Position numbers and translations under genes: made by a program. From the NCBI GenBank assembly GCA_964484465.1, contig CAZAFL010000002.1:2124-66123 (forward strand): a DNA stretch of 64,000 bases, read 5' to 3'. The DNA comes from an uncultured Chlorobiaceae bacterium (GTDB lineage Bacteria; Bacteroidota; Ignavibacteria; UBA10030; SZUA-254). Position 1 is the stretch's first letter; the number at the start of each line of letters is the position of its first letter. The notes below the pieces were generated by a model that saw only the letters and a list, made by a program, of their open reading frames with translations, was not told the DNA's origin and made no database searches. Shown one piece after another: positions 63,665-64,000 of this stretch.

Positions 63665-64000
63665 TTACGGGAAGTCCTCATCGAAATGTGATTTCATCGT
63701 GTACACGAGCAATTCTAATTCCCTCATGACCACCTTCGATTCAAGCTTTATCCTCTGACCGTGCCCCGGCAGAATCCATGAGAAATGAAAGTTCATGAGG
63801 TTTTCCATCGATTGAATCTGGTCGGTCCAAGAATACCAGCATACTTCCTCTGATGCTGATAAGCCTTTTTTCTTTCTGCTCCACCAGAGATGATCTCCTG
63901 TGAACAGGAAATGATTCCTGTAGAGCAACGCACAATGTCCGCGTGTATGGCCGAATGTCGGAATTATCTTGAATTCAGGAAACAACTGTACCGGCATATT
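63665..64000 (-). CDS. MBL-fold metallo-hydrolase, C-terminal part (N-terminus beyond window end)
   Basis: Frame stays open to window edge at 64000; visible part has MBL His motifs (PTFGHTRGH, LPGHG). Confidence 0.6.
   Translation of the reverse strand, partial: NMPVQLFPEFKIIPTFGHTRGHCALLYRNHFLFTGDHLWWSRKKKGLSASEEVCWYSWTDQIQSMENLMNFHFSWILPGHGQRIKLESKVVMRELELLVYTMKSHFDEDFP

Noticed and set aside
1-64000. Search for CRISPR repeats, IS elements, integrases, toxin-antitoxin or defence-island hallmarks
   Set aside because: No direct-repeat arrays, transposase/integrase-like ORFs or terminal inverted repeats were seen. Beyond the single palindrome at 55661-55697, no other repeated structure was noticed by eye.

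Overview
This 64-kb bacterial chromosomal window is mostly conserved core genes; I see no mobile elements, CRISPR arrays or recognisable defence/toxin systems. Everything below rests on reading the sequence and the ORF translations; no similarity searches were run.

Contents, in order:
- Positions 1-29192, all on the + strand: one tightly packed transcription/translation supercluster. It begins with a rplA 3' fragment, then rplJ-rplL, a two-hairpin attenuator region, rpoB-rpoC, rpsL-rpsG-fusA-tuf, and the S10/spc/alpha ribosomal operons (rpsJ to rplQ, including secY, map, infA and an unlisted rpmJ found by hand). A strong rho-independent terminator follows rplQ.
- leuS, then an LPS-core/lipid-A-export-like glycosylation cluster: GT2, an MsbA-like ABC exporter, a WaaL-like ligase, a DUF2029-like membrane protein, a second GT2 and a GT9 heptosyltransferase.
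- A DUF1844-like small protein, nadK, radA and rdgB.
- A short accessory-looking stretch: a W-rich hypothetical, a PhzF-like isomerase and a fused NarI-like/HdrD-like Fe-S oxidoreductase.
- On the minus strand, a nucleoside-deoxyribosyltransferase-like gene, a COG0170 CTP-dependent kinase-like gene, and the conserved ftsH-hpt-tilS unit with a tRNA(CAU) immediately upstream of tilS.
- An hpnC-hpnD-hpnE three-step squalene synthesis operon.
- A minus-strand unit: MBL-fold hydrolase (partial), pbpC, and a large thioester-containing lipoprotein alpha-2-macroglobulin.

Noteworthy observations:
- A canonical tRNA-Gln(UUG) cloverleaf sits inside the spc operon, between rplR and rpsE.
- Ribosomal protein L24 carries a C-terminal CxxC...CxxC zinc ribbon.
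- The tRNA(CAU) next to tilS has a G1-U72 acceptor end.
- The L7/L12 hinge is Met-rich.
- Several r-proteins carry Lys/Glu-rich terminal extensions.
- A 37-nt near-perfect palindrome abuts a start codon at 55661-55697.

The lineage guess (FCB-like, from r-protein extensions and gene order) is low confidence.
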